Under the pieces are notes generated by a model that saw only the letters and a list, made by a program, of their open reading frames with translations, did no database searches and was not told the origin of the DNA. Below, piece after piece: positions 36,791 to 49,894 of a DNA stretch of 64,000 bases (its first letter is position 1; every line of letters starts with the position of its first letter). The translations under genes were made by a program, and so were the position numbers. The stretch comes from Laetmonice hystrix (Eukaryota): the NCBI GenBank assembly GCA_965235115.1, contig OZ249451.1, forward strand, positions 6,696,001 through 6,760,000. Direction: 5' to 3'.

Positions 36791-37977
36791 GTGAGGGTAG
36801 CATTATTTTTAGACCATCACCAGTGACTTAGATGGGACAATGACAATGTTGAAAAGCAGCTTTTTATCAATCAAAACTTTTCTGACGTGGCCATGTAGCA
36901 AGTTGGCTGCAACACCGATTCCTGTCGCTGTTACTAAACAAGGAGCAGAAGAAGCGGCCGGGAAAAGCCATTTTTCTTTCTATGGTCCACAAAACAAAAG
37001 AACTATACATCTATTCCTCAAATCAGAAAATATAAAAGTAACAAGTAAAAACTCCCCGGAGACAGCTCTAACTTCACGTTTGACATCAGATATATAGTTT
37101 GGGGATCTTCTGTCACCGACACAGAGCCATACTGTGGCATATCTTGTTAACCAACCGCAGTGAAATAACTGCCAACTTTCGAAATGTCATCCATGCACTG
37201 TTTATATGGTCCATGCGGGAGCAATGAATTCAGTGACAACCTTTCGGTGAATGTGGCCAATAATTCTTATCTTTTATAAGAAAAATATAACATTTCGGCT
37301 TAGGAACTCACTCTGGTGACAAACTAAATACAAACTGTGACTGAAATATGGTCGTAATCTCTAAGCTTGTAATCTTATACCTCGAGATCCAGCCAACGAA
37401 AGAACTGAGTGTTGTGAATTTGATCCAGTTTATAAGTAAATGTGCAGTCACATCCTCGGATTCCGTTCTGGAAATGAGGTGTAAGAAAAACAATCACCAA
37501 CTTGTATTTTTTATATTTCCTGAGTCGGACGAGGCGAAGAAACTTTACTTGTCGAGTAAACCAAGCATTGAAGCAACATGCACTAATACACCTACTCGAA
37601 TCATTACAGACAGCACCAGAGCCCCCAGTTCCACCAAACCCGAACCCTGTTTACGCACATGATTTTAAAAAGAGAGAAATGGTATTCAAACAACCCTTTT
37701 GAATATTCAACGAATTCCTTCTAAACCAATTAAAATCTGCCACATGGCTGTCACAAAAATGTTCTTATTTGACTTTTCCTAGGTTGGCACCGGAACAAGT
37801 GTTGTGTATTCAACCCAGTTTCTCTGGTTGTTTTTCCATATTGTTCCGATCTCCCACCAATTGTGAAGTCCTATGAGAAGTGACAGTCTTACAGGAGTGG
37901 GCGCAATAATAACAGATTTTGTAGTAGAAGTCGTGTACAACAGACAGATAGTACAACCCGACACTATTAACATCCAA

Positions 37978-38255
37978 GGGGCGGACCATTTGATACGGGG
38001 GGAGGAGCTATGGTTTTTCTTCATAAGCCATTTTTTTTGCCCCCAGGCCAAAGCTATCTTTTTTGTCTGCTATGACCATTATTCCCCCCCCCCCCCCCAT
38101 TTTGACTATAATATATATTTTTTTCACATATGGAATAAACTATTTTTTTAATGTTGCTTGATTATGATGAACAAACTATTTTTCCTCCTGTGTTTGGTGA
38201 ACAGATTTTTTTTTAAACCCATAGCCCCCCTCCCACGTATCAAATTGTCCGCTCC
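37978..38255. mobile_element. PIF/Harbinger-like MITE
   Basis: GGGGCGGACCATTTGATACG ... CGTATCAAATTGTCCGCTCC. Flanks are CAA and TAA, consistent with a mutated TAA duplication. Confidence 0.7.
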
Positions 38256-38716
38256 TAATTGGCAATGGCCAGTGAAGCGCTATCGCCTGAACATTATCAG
38301 GATCCCTCGTTCTGATCGACGGTCCATCCATTTATATCAGCCATCGTGTCGGGGGCTGATACCATTCCAGCCGCCGTGTGTCGTAATGTACGTCCGTGCT
38401 ACCATCCGCTCTGTTGTCTAATTACGTCACCTCACTGGGCAGCCACCGGGCTCCAATCGGGATGATGACTTTATAAAGTCCATCAACGGCCGCAGGCTGG
38501 CAGAACGGGCTGGGGGCGAGCGCCGGACGGTTCTAGCTTTCAATCCCAACTCTTAACGACTTCAGTAAACCACATCAATCTCACCCAAACCGATTACATC
38601 ACTACATACTAACTCCCCCTCCAACTCTCCACCCAACCAGCCTCCCCGCCATGCACTTTGCCTCTCGGTAAGCCTCCACCGAGCCTACCAGCCCGTGACA
38701 TCAGATTTTTTCCCAC

Positions 38717-38809
38717 CTGCCAAGCATGATGCTGGTTGTGGCCTGTGACCCAAAGCAGCCTTCGTTCTTTATTTCTCCAATCTTTCCTTGTGCATATTGA
38801 TATTGAACA
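38717..38809 (-). CDS. Candidate internal exon (93 nt) of the unidentified minus-strand gene
   Basis: Acceptor CTCACATATTTGTCAG and donor CAG|GTGGGA. Phase 0 is open (CSISICTRKDWRNKERRLLWVTGHNQHHAWQ); phase 2 is also open. Confidence 0.35.
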
Positions 38810-39572
38810 CTGACAAATATGTGAGCTGAGCGACTGGGCCGAATCGTGATGGAACGAAGCGGAGATGACTGTCTATATAAATGAGGAGACCACAGACATG
38901 GGGCGGGGAGAGTGTACATGGCGGCCCTTCTCCACACATGTCCTTCCTCACTGATAACTCAGACAGGACAGACGCTCTGCTCTCTTGATGTACCACGGGA
39001 TCCAAGGTGAAGTCACAGCGCCACCAAAACCGATCTGAGAGGAACGCCTAATCATGATGACAAACACACTACCCATATTTTCTCCCACCCCCACTCCGAC
39101 CTGATGTTATCCTATGGTGCGCTAGATTACAATTTATCAGCGCTAACTGTGACAACTGCAACATCTTTAGGTTGACAATAGAAAGTCAGACATAGTTTCA
39201 CTGACACTGTGTATATGCAGGCCGCAGAGGTTAACGAGTAAAGTTTCTTAAATATTTATAACAATGTCTTGGAGTATTTCTATCTCTATTCCGACCATCC
39301 CATTTTTATTTCAGCTGCCTTTTTTACATATTGAAAATGCGAACAATTCTACCTGAAACCATCTATTGTCCCAGGATAACAACATTCTAAAACCTTCCTC
39401 AATACGTCTCGGTGTATGTGACCAAGTTATTAATTTTTTGAACGATTATTATTTTCTGTCTTATTTCCAGAAATCCAATATTCGTCGAGCATAATGACCA
39501 TCATATTGTCAATTTATCAAGACAGTCCCCAGAGTTATTAAAGTTCAGAGAAAAGACTTTTTCTGTCCTCAC

Positions 39573-39629
39573 CTGATCCGAGTAGACCTTCGTGCACTCG
39601 CCAGTTGGGGGCGTATATTCAAACGTTGA
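39573..39629 (-). CDS. Internal coding exon (57 nt, phase 0-0): STFEYTPPTGECTKVYSDQ
   Basis: Acceptor GTTTATACAG, strong donor CAG|GTGAGG, open frame, length divisible by 3. Confidence 0.6.
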
Positions 39630-40379
39630 CTGTATAAACTGTACTGTTAACTCAAGTCAAACATGTCATTTGTGCCGAATTTAAGGTAAAATATCTTATT
39701 CGTGATATATGGTCAACAACCAGGGCCCGGTTTCAACAAAGTGGTTAAGGCAACCTAAGTTTTCACGCCAGGCTCACCGTGGTCCATCATAGGTTACGAC
39801 TTTTATCATATCCCTACCAATCGTCACGACAGAAAATATCTGTACATTCTGTGACGTAATACCGCGGAGCGTCGTGTTGACACGGACAATGTATCAAAAC
39901 GACCCCCTGACACATGGATCCATCAATGTACACCAACGTCACGTCACAATCATGACGTATGAGGGCTGGATCTGATGTAGCCCTCTCACCGCCAGGTGGC
40001 AGGTCTGTCACAGTATCAATAACGACCCGCTGACGTGCTATCCCTCGCATACCTGCCCGCCAGGCGGCGCCCCAATCAAGACAGGTCCCTGGTGGTTTCT
40101 AATAGGACCAGGGTAAACTACCTATGGGTCATCATCATCATCATCATCATAATGGTGGGCACCACAGGGGCCAGAGGGTATGGACCTTCGGGCCGGAGCT
40201 AGGTGCCCTTTACTGGTCTGCCCTGGGCTGGCTCATTCAATACCACCCCAGGGACCTGTAACCTTGCCATACGGAGACCTGCAACACGCCCCCACCCCAA
40301 CCACTGGATGCAGGTGGCTACCGTCTGCAGTGTATCACCATCTGCTGATCTGCCACTCCCAACACCCGCAAAGCCAAAG

Positions 40380-40830
40380 CCCTAAACATTGGCCAACGTT
40401 TTCTGATGATGCTTAATTTTACGGATGCAAATCCAACTTTCCTTGTAACGTGACAGTTAAGGACCATAAAAAATAGGCTCATCCGCCATGCAAGTATTCG
40501 TCTGACTAACCACCTACCATTCAGGTATCTCCACTTACTTCCTGACCGACTAATAAAACAACAAAAGGGTCGACTCTCTCTGTCATGTTGCTTTGTAATA
40601 TACTCCCACCCTTTTGTTTTGAAAGGGATCAAAAATATCGTTTCGGACAAACAGGCCTCGGACAACCACAGAAAGCTGTCTATACAAGCCTGCTATAAAG
40701 TCTGCCATTTCATTCCTGAGGATATAGCAATCCCCAGGTAATGACCAACGCTTCAGTGTCTCTTTGAGGCGTTGACTAATGGAGAAAAGGGACCTGGCTG
40801 TGTCTGGGTCCAGTCTCAATTAATGGTTTG
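40380..40830 (-). mobile_element. Decayed CR1-clade LINE RT C-terminal region
   Basis: Minus translations appear in canonical CR1 order: LDPDTARSLFSISQR (cf. FNPDKCxVLHI), YLGIAISSGMKW (cf. YLGxxISxDLxW), RRILAWRMSLFFMVLN (cf. RRxxxRLxxFYKIxN). Confidence 0.55.
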
Positions 40831-41740
40831 TGCCCAGACGTCTGTAGGATAGTAATTGAATGTTTGCCTCGTCTGGGCCGGAATCTGCCAGCTAGAACTG
40901 GATCTACCCAGTCTACGTCACGCCCGACAGGCTGATGGTCCCTCTGACAAATTGAGAAACATGATAAATCTGTAATACTGTACAACTGAACGTATAGCTC
41001 CGCACAAAAATCACTTCACAGAGATGCTACCAAGTTTGTATCAGTACCAAAATGTGTATTGCAAACTTAAAATGTCTTTCCTCTGTACAATCAAACGTAA
41101 AATACATTTGAGACACTTAAATATGGATAGCAATGGTCTCTGGGAATATAGTGACGCTAAACTCCAGCTAGTTCTGTTAAAAACCGAGTACCAATAATAG
41201 GGAATTCTTGAATCACAATAACATCTCCAACATGGGCCGAAACACAATGAATGGTGGAAACTGCTGGACTCTTAGACTAACTTTAAATGTAATAGATATT
41301 TCTTAGGAATGTCTATAAATCTGGGATTGATACTCATTTCGACCTCTGGATTGAAAAATGCGAGAGAAAGCGCATCGATCTGTACTTAAAAAAAACATGC
41401 AAATCTTCCACAGCGAACAAAGTGAATTGATTTGAAGGCTCCATGAATCTGTCTCCCACCGAAGTATCACGCAGTAAGGCAGGTCATATTTCACAGTCTC
41501 TGGCCGACATATATGTAAAGTTAAGTACCCCGGTACTCAGATTACCGTACCTGTAATTTGAGGATTTTCTGATTTGTGCCATCTGCTACTGGATTAAAAC
41601 TTTTAAATTTCAAATTTGATATCAGTCGGCGCACTGTAGACACGCGCTTTACACTGATGAAAAGGTTATACTAGTGTTATGACCTTTATATCAGTGTATC
41701 CTGTCCCTTTACTGTCGGGCAGGCTGCTTTCACAACTTAC

Positions 41741-41764
41741 ATGAAAAGCAAAGGTTCCTTCATT
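41741..41764 (-). CDS. Candidate 24-nt micro-exon (NEGTFAFH), phase 0-0
   Basis: Acceptor CCCGTTTGTAG and consensus donor CAT|GTAAGT. Too short to be sure. Confidence 0.3.
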
Positions 41765-42321
41765 CTACAAACGGGTGTATGGTTACAGTGCATCACTTGG
41801 GAATGGTCCCGTTACTTGCATATACTGCCAGGAAAAATTCTATTCATTTCAAACGCGCCATGGTCGCAGCGATTACATTTTCAGGGAATTTCCTTTGGAA
41901 CGCAGAATAGTGTCATCTTTTAATGATACTAATAATTATCCCTAACTTCTCCCGAATACACAAAACCAACCGGAACCTCTAACAAAGCATGAATTGAGAT
42001 TACTGCCGGATCTAATGGAAAATCTTCAATTTATGAATTTACAACATAACTTTTAATTTAATCCGACATTTGATAGCAGTTTAAAACCAATTTCTAACCT
42101 AAACGAGACGGCGCTGGCGTAAAAAGTTGAATTCGCCGTACAATGGAGGGTGTTCCATCACCATTATCACGTGCCCTAATCCATTGTTATTTATTATGAC
42201 GACACTGCAGGATCTAAACAGAGTGCTCCTCGCCATGCCGAATCACATCTTAAATTCCTTTAGAAGGGAAATTTAACCGAGAAAACCTGTTAGTCTGCTA
42301 GCTTGTCGTATTTCGCATCAC

Positions 42322-42369
42322 CTGAGAGCACCATACGATTTCTCGTCCTCTCAGCCACGAATACCAGAA
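42322..42369 (-). CDS. Internal coding exon (48 nt, phase 0-0): FWYSWLRGREIVWCSQ
   Basis: Acceptor ...CCTTTGATGTGATGTGCCTTAG, donor CAG|GTGATG, open frame. Confidence 0.45.
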
Positions 42370-43329
42370 CTAAGGCACATCACATCAAAGGACGATAAGA
42401 TTTACTTTCAGTGCGGGTATGAGGCCAACCCTAACAATATACATCTCACTGTGAATGTCGCCGTGTGATATTACTTGTCCATCCCCATCCCGTCCTCTGT
42501 GCCCGTCACTGTACCATCTAATCCCAAACAACCTGCACTCCCACTCCCAACCACCAACAAATCATTCTCCCACCACGCATACTTCCTTCAATGTTCTTGA
42601 GACCAAAAGGTTCTCTCCTGCCCCTTCGGACTCGTTCTCGGATGTATTTTATATGTCGGAATGTTATCAAAGGTGTAAGACGGACGTCTCAGGACGAGCT
42701 GCACGAGTTTCACAAAGTGACAGTTTACAAATAACACCCAACACTCTCACTGGCCCGGCTCCACCATCTGAGCAACTTTCACACAGCGACTCGCAAACCC
42801 CAACTCGCAGGGGAGGCAGGAATATTCTTCTACAAACATCAAACGGAACTCTTGAAGGTACACCTACCCTAACATATCTTCCCGGACACAGACCAAAAGT
42901 ACACAACCAATGTGAGCCTCTGTAAAACAATTGTCCTAATTCAATCAACCCATATTAGGACATCAAGGTGTCCATCTTGGGTTAGAAAATATGATTGATC
43001 AGTACAAGTATTTGAAATGAGAATTACTTTATAGGCGTATCTCATTTAATGGCTACAAATAAATCGTCTCTGTGCAGGGACCTACAGACAGAGCGAAGGG
43101 CACGAGGGCTGCATTAAACAATGCTAACGTTTTGTTCCCATTCCAGCATTAGCCTGAGGGCGTCCCGAGGACTAATCAACTTTCTTTTCTTTCATTTCGA
43201 TGTAATTACGTTCCGAGTCTGACCTGTATTGGACACTAAATAATGAACTGGACAGCTGACTGTAATATTTCGCCCCAGCCTGGAATGGAATAATCATTCC
43301 AGGCACAACTGTGGAGCGGGTTTCTCATC

Positions 43330-43560
43330 AGCCGGCCTGGCTTTATGTCCTTCCCAGCCTTCCAATGGGATGGTAATGAAAATTCTTCATCAAATCATTT
43401 GCTGGCAATAAATGCTTACACCCCAGTTGCATACTGCATGATTAATAAAGGGCGTTGGTCAATGGGGCGGCAATCTTGTGAGACAGGCAGTACATGGACA
43501 CACAGGCTGGGTCAGAGGGGCACTTGGATCTCACTGACCGGCGGCCTGACAACCTCTTCA
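43330..43560 (-). mobile_element. L2-like RT N-terminal remnant
   Basis: KCPSDP...HKIAAPLTN resembles L2 'KSCxLDP...LAPxITxIIN'. It is followed by LPSHWKA in a shifted frame. Confidence 0.3.
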
Positions 43561-43637
43561 AAGTCATTAAACAATCCTTGCAACCAATCCTCGGTCAGGT
43601 TTGTCAAAAGTTAAGATCTTACTATCAGTCGATTCAT

Positions 43638-43706
43638 AGGGCCGTGAGCTTGAGACGAGGTTTTCGTCTCAAACTTGACTCAAGCTCAACCAAAAAACCG
43701 GGCCCT
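43638..43706. repeat. Nested palindrome or miniature Harbinger-like element
   Basis: GAGCTTGAGACGA-GGTTT-TCGTCTCAA...CTCAAGCTC, flanked by AGGGCC and GGGCCCT. Confidence 0.5.
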
Positions 43707-44445
43707 GGTCGGTTGCCGCAGGTCCGCCAATTAAAGCGGTTTTAAAAAAGAAAATCACCTGTAACATTTCAGACGAGAGCATTTTACAAACGCGTTTACG
43801 TTGCACTTTTTGTAAAAAAGTCGATAAATTAAATACATGTAATCCGCAAGAAGACCTGGGGCTCAGCACGAACAACATCCCGGTCCACTGAAAACACAGG
43901 CCGGTCGTCATAAGTCAACAGTGTCCAATCATACCAGCAAAGTGTATTACTGGTTTCACGTTCACACTGCCACATTGCATAGATATCCTTGCCAATCGCA
44001 ATCATACACCAACTCTAGCCACGAGGTGCTCTGTGGGCTTACAGCGCCACCTATTGACCAATATGGAACCGTCAAGGATAAATAAGCTGCTACGGTTAAA
44101 TTACAAAGTCATCTCTGCCATCTTTGTAACACATCAGCGGCCGATCCGATCAGAAACTGCTAGAATTCAATTGACCCCAAGTATGATGACCAGGCATCGG
44201 ATTCATTTTGCCATCAAGCATCAACGTAAATCAAGTGGAAATCCTTCACGTTTCGCAACCAGATTCCATATGAGTTCTAGCCGTGTACGGTAGGGTTTCA
44301 TACGTAAAATTGCTACTGAAGATTAAATTACACCATTAACTTATCTGGCGTAGTTCCGTTCTGGCATTCGTTCCCACCAAAAAGGTCATCCCAATTTGGC
44401 CTTGGCGGCCATAACCATGTTTAAAATGATACGTCCCAAGGCGAA

Positions 44446-44644
44446 TTTGGTTTTGGGTTTTACGCCTTGACAACAGTCAGGGTGATATAAAGGCGGCCAT
44501 TTTTACTGGTGGAGCAAACGGCGAATCCCACCGACCTTACAGCAACTGAAAACCCTCACATCTGGCTCGAGTGGGTTCGAACCCAGAGATGAGCGGCCCT
44601 GTGGTGACGAAGCTGGAGGTTTAGACCACTTGGCCACTGAGGCC
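44446..44644 (-). mobile_element. tRNA-derived SINE (~200 bp)
   Basis: The minus strand starts GGCCTCAGTGGCCAAGTGGTCTAA (Pol III A box) and has GGGTTCGAACCC (B box). A non-tRNA body follows, ending in an A/C-rich tail (GGCGTAAAACCCAAAACCAAA). Confidence 0.75.
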
Positions 44645-44968
44645 TTCTCTCCAGGCGAACGTTGGTCAGGAGTTATTATGGACCTAGATTTTACCGCAAT
44701 CCTTCACTGCAAGCCCAACGACAGAACATTCCCTATTGTTTTATTCTTTAAGTAAAATTGTTCTGTCTCGTATCTGAGGCCTGCTGCCGGTGGGTGTACC
44801 TTACTCTCATACCTACGGCCTCACCCCCTCACCCCTTCACCGCATTGTGTAGGGCATAATTATCTGACGTGTCACTTTTCTTCTATCAAAGGTGCTGCAC
44901 AAACGTCCGTCTTTCTGTACTGCTCAGATCTCGGTGTGTTTCCGGGGCCACGTCCTCAGACGTCCATA

Positions 44969-45075
44969 CCTGCTGCTCCTGCTGCTGCTGCATCTGTAGC
45001 TGCTGCTGCTACTCCTGCTGCTGCTCCTAATGCTTCTGCTTCTGTAGCTGCTGCTTCTGCTGCTGCTAGTGCCGC
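44969..45075. repeat. Compound (GCT/CCT/TCT)n low-complexity tract
   Basis: Gives the Ala-rich part of ORF 44936..45217. Confidence 0.85.
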
Positions 45076-45255
45076 TGAAGCAAACGCGTTCGTGAAGCGC
45101 AATTCAACAGGAATTCATACAATGTCGCGTTTCTTTTTTAGCATCTTGTATGGCCGGCTACTAAAAAATGAGTGGTTCATTCTTATTGCAGGTCCTCCCA
45201 ACCTTATCCTACGTTGAGTGCAGCAGTAGCAGAAAATGTGGGTTTGTAAAATTAC

Positions 45256-45471
45256 CGAAAGGTCTTGCGGGCCGTCAATGTTAAGTGATTTGTGGGGCTA
45301 TTTAGTCGGTAGCCGCTGGACCTAGTGGGCCCTGCCGATATGTAGTGGGCCCAGGGGAGTGTCGCCCCAATGAGATATAGGGCCCTGTCGTACAGGTCTC
45401 TGCGCCTACCGATTCGAAACGTGCTGTCTGTAACACGGAATACCACAAGTGCTAGATTCACTCGCCAGCCT
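45256..45471 (-). CDS. Candidate internal exon (216 nt, phase 2-2): GWRVNLALVVFRVTDSTFRIGRRRDLYDRALYLIGATLPWAHY...RKTFR
   Basis: Acceptor CTCTCTCCAAGAGTTCAG, donor TCG|GTAATT. Only one frame is open across the whole exon. Confidence 0.4.
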
Positions 45472-48400
45472 CTGAACTCTTGGAGAGAGAACTCTATAAT
45501 TCTACTGTCTGTACGTCTCTTTCTTATGTAACAACCATTTCTTTTTCTCTTCTTTCATTTGGATTAGATGATATGCCCGCCTCCCCTTTCTCGCTTCTCG
45601 ACGATTAGGAAGACCAGGAAAGGCTAATCTATTCTACAATACGACTTCATCTTACAAGTTATGGTCTTTATCAATTGTGAATAATGAAATCTCATTTTTT
45701 TGTCATTATGAGGGAAGGATTTACTGAAGTCATGTCTACAGATTAGCTGTCCTTTGTGTTTCTACATATTAAATGTTTCGCCGTTGTATCTAATGAACAC
45801 AAATAAAAATTGCTACTGAACATTCTCACCGCTCCAATGGTTATTAAATATCCACGGGAGACAAACAAAGATATTAATCCCAATATGATTAATTAGGCAG
45901 ATTCGCTGTTCGAATCTACTTGTCCTACCTTTTTTCAAATTCCTTTATAAATTTCTATGCACGGTTCTGCCTACAGAGGTAAACCTAGTGGCTCTCAACC
46001 TATTTGTCTTCAACTTGATACAGAATTTCACGTGTTTATGGGATTAAAGAACATAATATAGGCGATTTAAATGGGTTCCATCTTTTTCGACTGGAGAAAC
46101 ACACTCATAAAAGATTTGGGTACACTATCGGAACGTTGATCTTACTTTGGACCAGGGCCTCTGATCACTTGACCCCCTGACCCCCCGGAACCACACAACC
46201 CAACACCCCCCTTTCCCCAGGCTCCCCCGGACCCCAGTCTGCTGGCCGCCTGCTGTCACATTCCCAGATTCATGTCTATAATCTAGATGGACGGCCTTGA
46301 CCGACTGGACAAAATGTGGACGCCGAGTAAATAAACAAAACGCATGGTCCCCTACTGCCCGATATCAACCCGAGAGTTGCGTGCCGTCGATTGTTACAAT
46401 ACATTCAAACAAACAGGGCATTTACTTCAATCAATCTCCATTTACTCTCCACTCACAGAAAAATCAAACAGACATCAGTCAAAAACAGACTTAGCCTGGC
46501 CGACTGTCCACTCAACGGTCAGGTCAAAGTTTGGCTGCGGGGTGAGTTTGAGGTGGGAGGAAGTCGTTAATCACTCAGCCATAGCGAGTCAAGGACACCC
46601 AATACATGTACCTTCACAACAAGTCAACGTACCAAACAAAACTGCTAATTTTGCGATTTCGTTTAAATGCACATCTCAATTTTATTTCAAATATAAGTAT
46701 TGCACGATAACACGGGGTCGAGACAGTATTTCAGATAATTGTATTCCTCTGTGAAAAAAAAATCAAAGGATTCCCTCGGCATAGTCAGCCCAGTCCTGAA
46801 GAAGCTCTTCAGGAAATCGAAATTAACATGCAGTTACCTGCAGTGCCGCATTAAATAATACTGCCCGTGTTCTTGAAAGAAATGGCGCTTTCAATTTTGA
46901 TGATGAAATCATTCAGTGTAGAAGATTAATAACGTTTACTGAATTCTTAACAGCAATGCATGATGACATTTAAAATATAATTTCACTACAAACGTACTTT
47001 CCACTCATTCAGACTAATATTTATTACAAGGTTACCTTACGCCTGTCATTTGATCCCTGTGTCTGTGTGATCCCCAATTTGAAAAGCTCGAATCCACTCT
47101 TAATACCCAGCTTGAATGAACAGATCATTGGGTGCCCTCCTTATTCCGAGCTACAATCTTCACGGTCACAGAAAGAAATCCAGAACGGTTCTGCCAATTT
47201 CATTATTCCCATGGCTCTGAATCGATCATGTTTCCCGAACAAAACGAGTATCCTACAACTTCTGAATATCTGAATAATCAACTAGTGCCTGTTAGGTTTT
47301 TCATGTACGACGATTATATCTATGGATGTCAACTAACCAGCAAACTTCAGTAGCTGTCAGTAGAAAACCTACCCCTTCGATCATTTCATGCAACCATGCA
47401 AGCATATAACTGCATGGGTAAAATAATCGAATAGATTCAGACCAGTTTAGATTGCACTGAATAATAAATGTTTTAAAGAGTTTTATGTGCTTCCGCCTCC
47501 AGGTCAGCAATAACTTTTCCTGACCTTGTACCACGATATTTCGGGCACTGCTAAAACCACATCATTCAGGGGCCAGATATTTTTTTTCACGTTTTTTTAC
47601 ATAAAAATAATTGTAATCTATCTAATCGTGTTTGCCTCACAATGACTTTGTAGTCAGGTTGTGCAGTCTGACTGTCGTTTTGCCTGACATATATGCCTTT
47701 TTTTGAAACTTCTTGCTTTTAGCTCAAATCAAACGCTTAACACCAAATGTTCCTGACCCTTTCACCACGACTTAGGTTCCTACTTTATGTGACTTAACTT
47801 CATTCGTTTTCACCGACGGTGTGACAAAAAACCTGGTGTTGAAAAGTTCAACTAATTCGAAATGTCTGATAGTTTACGAGCCTAACAGAAGTTAAGAATT
47901 TCTTAGTTTTTTTTTTTCATTGGCAACCCGACATTCTGTACCTAACAGCAAGACCTACCCCTGAAGTGAGACACGCAGCTTGTAAAATGTCATAGATCCC
48001 CCAATAGGTATTCAGTAGTCCCTGCAACCTTTATGTGGCAGCAGGCACTGATGGTTTGGTAGGCGGTCTCTACCCGACTTTCTGCCGCCAACCCCATCAA
48101 GTCGGGCAGGTGTATAACAAAAAGCCTTTAGCGCCGGTACCGCAGTCTGAACATTCCGCTGTACTCTATTTTCCCCCTGTATAACGCCTATATCTAACCA
48201 GTTCGCTCTGCGTGTTCCCGCCCCCCTATTGCACCCAACTGATGACCAACATAAAGACTCCGTTCTATTCTGACATAGCCAATAAATACCACTGGAGGCG
48301 GAAAGTCAATCACACCGGAATGCACATACTGGAACACCGGCCGGTCTGCGGTCACATCCGAACTTTTAATGTGTCCATTAGTTGCCAATGAAACACACTG

Positions 48401-49819
48401 GTTACCTACAATCAGTGTAGCCACACAAAGCCTGTGGTCACGGCACGCCATCAGGCCCACAACTGGACAGACTGGGAGGCGGTAATCAGTAACGGTGGGC
48501 TGGTAGCTAGGTGGAAAACTAACTTGGCCTGCTGTCTGACCTCTCTCATGTCATCGCGTTTGAAGGGGGGGGGGGGTGTGTGTGTAATTTTCCTCGAAAC
48601 TAAGAAGTCTTAGCTATACATAACCAGAACGGGCATGAGAGAAGAAGCACGAGTTCAGCAACATCTCCCGAGATAGAATCAAAGTTTCCTTTGCAATGAT
48701 TTACTTCCAAAAGAACCCAGTCCTACAAGCACTGTTCCTTGACTCCGGTATTAGTCACAGTGTAGTTTCTCCCCGCCGTCTCTATCGATCCAGACAGATA
48801 TTCTTTGGTTTCACTTGGAATCCTCTTCAATTCAACACGGGCGTACTCCATTTAAATTATTCAGGATGACAGGGCATTTCATAAGATATGCCCATCTTCT
48901 GACTCGGTATTTCCAGCCCGTCTACGGCTGAGCACCGCTGCAGCTCAACCGGCAACTCATTTCTACTGCCGACTAGCCAGTGAAAGCGTCGCTCATGCAT
49001 CAGATTACCATCAGTGGCACCGTTTGCATTACTCATTTAGCTGCACAGCGGCTGACAATCACCAGCTATTTGTGTTCAATCCACTGCACGACAAACATCG
49101 ATTAATGGCCTTTTCCCAATCTACTGTGTTCAAACAACAAAATCAACTTTGCATATAATACGGCCGACTGGGCGCTGCCCCCGAGGTACTGCAACCATTG
49201 GCACAGAGCTCGCCCAATAACGGTAAACTCGTGCCCAACGGCCATTTCTAATATCAAAACGTGGCTGTAAGAAAAAGATCCACTTGAGGAGGCTGGGTAT
49301 TTTACAATGTACAATGCCTCAAGAATCCGCTTGGACTATATAACCACCTTAAATGTATTATGTCCCTGAGGTTCTACATATTCAAATACCTGCTTCACCC
49401 ATTGCTGGTAGTTTTACCATTGTCAGTTTTTATTCCTTTACATTGATTCCTTTACTGCTGTGCTTCAAACTAATTCCATCGGGTTATTCACTAAGGTCCA
49501 AGAGCGTAGTTCTGCTATATTAACGTCCCTTAACATCTTTTCTCCCAGTAGAATTATTAAAAGTAGAATCTACGATTCCTTGAAAAGAACAGATCTCAAT
49601 GGCTCAAAACCAGGGATGTACACATGAGGCTTGTCGGCTAAAAAAGGAACACGCTGATCTGACATAACATTTTTAATCAAGCGGCAAACATTAAATTACA
49701 TACGACATTCTCAGAGATGGAACGCAATGGAACTGCAAGTTCCTTCTTTTCAAAAAGCGAGGTCAGGATCATATTGGCTGTAAGATAAACAGTAATTGCA
49801 TCATGTTAAATGTACTCAC

Positions 49820-49894
49820 CTCTGGTATTGGTTGAGTCATAGAGGCCTGCTCATAGCCGCATGGTCCGTCCTCCAGCAGTTCCAAGCTCTCCCC
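49820..49894 (-). CDS. Internal coding exon (75 nt, phase 0-0): GESLELLEDGPCGYEQASMTQPIPE
   Basis: Strong acceptor TTGTTTTTCTGATTGATTACAG and consensus donor GAG|GTGAGT. The exon is GC-richer than its flanks and only phase 0 is open. Confidence 0.8.

Noticed and set aside
48285-48320. TTGGGKS, like RecQ helicase motif I
   Set aside because: There is a stop just upstream in frame and the downstream LCYQ-type residues are absent.
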